Below, in pieces: positions 37,074 through 40,357 of a stretch of DNA of 40,357 nucleotides. Both the position numbers and the translations under genes were made by a program. The notes under the pieces were generated by a model. That model did no database searches. It was not told the DNA's origin and saw only the letters and a program-made list of their open reading frames with translations. The stretch spans positions 1 to 40,357 of the forward strand of contig CALMZN010000002.1 of the NCBI GenBank assembly GCA_937870675.1, in the 5' to 3' direction. The DNA is from an uncultured bacterium. GTDB taxonomy: Bacteria > Patescibacteriota > Patescibacteriia > UBA1558 > GWA2-36-10. The first letter of the stretch is position 1; each line of letters starts with the position of its first letter.

Positions 37074-38699
37074 ATGCGGAACAAGTTATTAAAACTTTAC
37101 CAAAACCAAATGTTTATTTGGTTTTGCTATTTATTAGTGGCTTGGCTTTTGTATTTTAGGGTACTGAACAATTTTTTTGTTAGCGATGATTTTCATTGGC
37201 TGTCGCTAGCCAAAAGCCGGCCTTGGGATTGGTCTATTTTTATTACCAATTATGAGGGTCTAAATTTAGGTGGCTCTTATAATCCACTGCTGTTTATTTT
37301 TTGGAAAGTGGTTTTTGGATTTTTTGGTTTGCACTATCAGTGGTATCACGCGATCAGTATATTTTTGCATGCCACCAACGCTTGGCTGGTCTATATTTTG
37401 GCCAAAAAATTGTTAGGCCAGTATCAAGTCAGAGCCGCTTATTGGGCCAGCTTGGGTGGCCTGTTTTTTCTGTTGTGGCCAGTGCAAGTTGAGGCCATTT
37501 CTTGGATTGCGGCTTGGCCGCATCTTTTTGGCACTTTATTTTATTTATTGTCTCTGATATTTTATCTGAAATTATTGCCAGCCAAAAAACGCTTGGCTTT
37601 ATTTTTGTCAGTCACTTTTTTTGTGTTGGGCTTGATGTGCAAAGAGATTGTCATGACCCTGCCCTTAGCTATTATTTTTATCAATTTATACTTAAAAAAT
37701 AAAATATTTAGCAAAAAAATATGGCCTTATTTTTTCTGCTTAATTATCTTTTTTATTTTACGTTGGCAAGCGACGGGGCAGTTTTTGGGCTATTATGGTC
37801 AAGCCAGTTTGGGACTGAAAATAAATGAATGGCTAGGGAATTTAGCGATTATTTTTTTGGCTTGGCCGAGCGCTGGTTATTTTCAGACAATTTTTTATAA
37901 AGTTTGGTATCATTATCTTTGGTTTTTGGCCCTTGTTTTGGTTTTGTTTTTGGTGGCGTATATATTTTATTTGTGGCGTTATAAAAATAAGCAACGGCTT
38001 TACCTTTTTCTTTTATTGATCTTAAGCTGTCTGCCAGTGTTGCCCTTGGGTTTGCACCGCACGACATTTGCCGGAGAAAGATATTTGTATTTGCCGACAG
38101 TTTTTTTTGTGATTTGGTTTATCTCACTGTTGGCTGATCTGAAACTGACCATCAACAAAAAAATGGCCATAATATTTTTTATGGCCTTTTGTTTTATGGT
38201 GATTATAAATGACAAAAATATAATTTGGTCAAAGGCCAGTGCTTTAAGTCGGCAGATAGTGGCCAGCTATGCTGATTTACATCTTGAGCCAGACACCAAA
38301 GTAATCAGTGTGGCTTTGCCTGATAATTTGCAAGGCGCAGAAGTTTTTAGAAATAATTTACAGCAAGCTCTGGAGCTATATTACCCGGGCAGTCATCCGC
38401 AGATTATGCCTTTACCGGTTTATGTGCAACTAAAAAATTATAATGTAAATCAAAATTTGTTGCGCTGGCGTACGGATGAGCGGGGTTGGTTTTTGGAAAG
38501 TATTGATCGCAGTTTTGTGGTCACTGGTCTGACATCTATTACAATCAATCAAGTATATTTTGAATTGTGGCATTATAATTATCAAAATTATACGGCGGAT
38601 CTAGCGCGTCTTATGCCAGAACCAGAGTTGCTTTCAGAACTGCGACAGGGGACAGTCAAATGGCTAAGTTTTGATAGGGGGAGATTGATAATTAAATAA
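37074..38699 (+). CDS. GT-C fold (PMT/GT39-like) membrane glycosyltransferase
   Basis: FVSDDF after TM1, LHATNAWLV, VEAISWI, CKE, ERYLYLP; many TM. Confidence 0.8.
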   Translation: MRNKLLKLYQNQMFIWFCYLLVAWLLYFRVLNNFFVSDDFHWLSLAKSRPWDWSIFITNYEGLNLGGSYNPLLFIFWKVVFGFFGLHYQWYHAISIFLHATNAWLVYILAKKLLGQYQVRAAYWASLGGLFFLLWPVQVEAISWIAAWPHLFGTLFYLLSLIFYLKLLPAKKRLALFLSVTFFVLGLMCKEIVMTLPLAIIFINLYLKNKIFSKKIWPYFFCLIIFFILRWQATGQFLGYYGQASLGLKINEWLGNLAIIFLAWPSAGYFQTIFYKVWYHYLWFLALVLVLFLVAYIFYLWRYKNKQRLYLFLLLILSCLPVLPLGLHRTTFAGERYLYLPTVFFVIWFISLLADLKLTINKKMAIIFFMAFCFMVIINDKNIIWSKASALSRQIVASYADLHLEPDTKVISVALPDNLQGAEVFRNNLQQALELYYPGSHPQIMPLPVYVQLKNYNVNQNLLRWRTDERGWFLESIDRSFVVTGLTSITINQVYFELWHYNYQNYTADLARLMPEPELLSELRQGTVKWLSFDRGRLIIK

Positions 38700-38713
38700 T
38701 ATTTTTAAAAAAT

Positions 38714-38739
38714 AAAACTCCGCCTTTAGCGGAGTTTTT
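38714..38739. terminator. Bidirectional terminator
   Basis: AAAACTCCGC-CTTTA-GCGGAGTTTT between convergent genes. Confidence 0.8.
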
Positions 38740-38741
38740 GT

Positions 38742-38927
38742 TTATATTTTATGGGAATTTTTTCTCTTGGCCCTTACTATTCCAATAACGCTCATGACAA
38801 CAACTATTAGCCCTATCAATTGAGCTCCGGGGCTATCATCATATCCTCCATACACAAATATAAATATCCCGATTAATATCAACAAAACAAAGGATAGTAT
38901 TTTTATTATGTATTTTCTTTTATTCAT
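38742..38927 (-). CDS. Small two-TM protein (GGYDDSPGAQLIG loop)
   Basis: Two hydrophobic helices; extended -10 TGCTATACT 6 nt upstream; terminator downstream. Confidence 0.75.
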   Translation of the reverse strand: MNKRKYIIKILSFVLLILIGIFIFVYGGYDDSPGAQLIGLIVVVMSVIGIVRAKRKNSHKI

Positions 38928-38985
38928 ATAGAAAGTATAGCATATTTTTTTATACCAAAAAATGAAACCCCAATTTTGACAAACC

Positions 38986-39013
38986 TTGACAGCCAGTTGT
39001 CATTGAATATACT
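38986..39013 (+). promoter_or_regulatory. Promoter with overlapping TGACA-N6-TGTCA inverted repeat
   Basis: TTGACA-N16-TATACT; IR at 38987-39002. Confidence 0.45.
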
Positions 39014-39101
39014 ATTATTGACAAGAGCAATGAGGACTATGATGCCTTACTGCGAATGAGATGGGAAATGTCGGGTAAATTATAAATTAAGTAGTACATC
39101 T

Positions 39102-40357
39102 ATGAAACATAAATTTTATAAGAAAATAGCACTAAATAGAATTTTGTCGTTACTCGTAGGTTTATTAATAACAACTGGGACTTTTTTCGCAGTCGGCCTA
39201 GAGCCGGTCTTGGCCAGCGAGACGATTTATCTGGGCGATGGAGGTTGGAGTGTGCCAGTCGGGACATGGGATCCTGTTTCTCGGATCGCAGTTTTGACAC
39301 AGGATACATCAAGTTCAATTGTAATAACATCAAATTACATTGTTCTTGATGGCAATGGCTACACAATCTCTGGAGATGGTACGGGCAATGGAGTATATAC
39401 CGAGAGCAAGCATGATATTACCATCAGGAATTTGCTCATTGTTGGTAAACAGAATGGCGTTAAACTGTATAAAACGCATCATAGCATCGTTGAAAATAAC
39501 ACTATATCCAATAATACCCAGCTAGGCATATATCTCTATGAAGCCACACTCGTTTCTGTCATAAATAATAAAACCTTCAGCAATGGTTTGGCAGGAATCT
39601 CGGTTCGAGCATACTCTACCTACAACACCATTGAGAATAACGAGTCCTATCTCAATGAAACTGGTATAAAATTTGAAGGTGGATTTAACAATATTGTCCG
39701 AAACAACGAGATACGAGATAATACAGCTTATGGATTATTAATTACAAATGATTTAGCTCTTGTTGGCGGGGTACTAGTGACGCTTGTGACAGATGATAAT
39801 CAAATCTACAACAATAATTTTGTCAATAACTGGGCTCAAGCCTATGTATATACTTCGTTAGTCGGCGACAATAATGTATTTAATCTTGACTTGCCTATCG
39901 GTGGCAACTACTGGAGCAACTGGACTTCGCCAGATGAGAACAATGACGGGATTGTTGATAGCCCTTATGTGCATGTGCCTTATGGTGTGCAGGATAATCT
40001 ACCATGGACAACTCCAAATGGCTGGCTAAACCTGCCACTTCCAAATCAAGCGCCAATCGCTGACGCTGGTGGCCCATATTCCACCATTCTTGGCAATGCG
40101 GTCACCTGTGAGGGTGGTAGCTCTTATGATCCTGATGCTACTTCCGGTGATAGTATCGTCAGCTACAACTGGGATATCGTGGAAACTTACTACGTCCTAG
40201 CTGGTGTAACACCAACGCTTAGCATTGAAGAAATTAATGCCCTAGGGATAGGAACCTATTCAGTAAACTTAACAGTAACTGATTCGTTTGGAGCTACACA
40301 TACCGATACTACCACTCTTGAGATATTGCCACTTCCAACTACTGTCTTGGAAGATGC
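39102..40357 (+). CDS. Secreted NosD/CASH-type beta-helix plus PKD-domain surface protein, running off the window end
   Basis: Hand translation: signal ...VLA|SET; IVLDGNGYTISG; NN/GI repeats; IYNNNF; GGNYWSNW...DENNDGIVDSPY; NQAPIADAGGPY...SYDPD...LTVTD; no stop in window. Confidence 0.85.
   Translation, partial: MKHKFYKKIALNRILSLLVGLLITTGTFFAVGLEPVLASETIYLGDGGWSVPVGTWDPVSRIAVLTQDTSSSIVITSNYIVLDGNGYTISGDGTGNGVYTESKHDITIRNLLIVGKQNGVKLYKTHHSIVENNTISNNTQLGIYLYEATLVSVINNKTFSNGLAGISVRAYSTYNTIENNESYLNETGIKFEGGFNNIVRNNEIRDNTAYGLLITNDLALVGGVLVTLVTDDNQIYNNNFVNNWAQAYVYTSLVGDNNVFNLDLPIGGNYWSNWTSPDENNDGIVDSPYVHVPYGVQDNLPWTTPNGWLNLPLPNQAPIADAGGPYSTILGNAVTCEGGSSYDPDATSGDSIVSYNWDIVETYYVLAGVTPTLSIEEINALGIGTYSVNLTVTDSFGATHTDTTTLEILPLPTTVLED

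Overview
Bacterial chromosomal window, standard genetic code. Gene content points to Patescibacteria/CPR, probably Parcubacteria (DUF5671-type protein, cohesin/dockerin surface proteins, short UvrC); this lineage call is inference. Housekeeping genes: uvrC, uvrA, CIRCE-controlled groES-groEL, ppsA, CCA-adding-type enzyme, mscL, tRNA-Ser(GGA), ddl, alkD-type repair gene, dnaG-rpoD. The best novel candidate is a six-gene surface-fibre locus (23683-30184). It encodes a tip-like protein with three phage tail-collar/HxH repeats fused to a pilin-like domain, a small homologous subunit with an N-terminal donor-strand-like extension, a membrane-anchored chaperone-like Ig protein, a protein with a similar donor strand plus a dockerin, and two membrane-anchored cohesin proteins. 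Together they suggest a donor-strand pilus tethered by cohesin-dockerin. Intergenic DNA is rich in small, often nested palindromic or MITE-like elements, some supplying stop codons or ribosome-binding sites. The tRNA-Ser sits between the two halves of a second, broken tRNA-Ser-like sequence. All calls are by eye; no searches were run.
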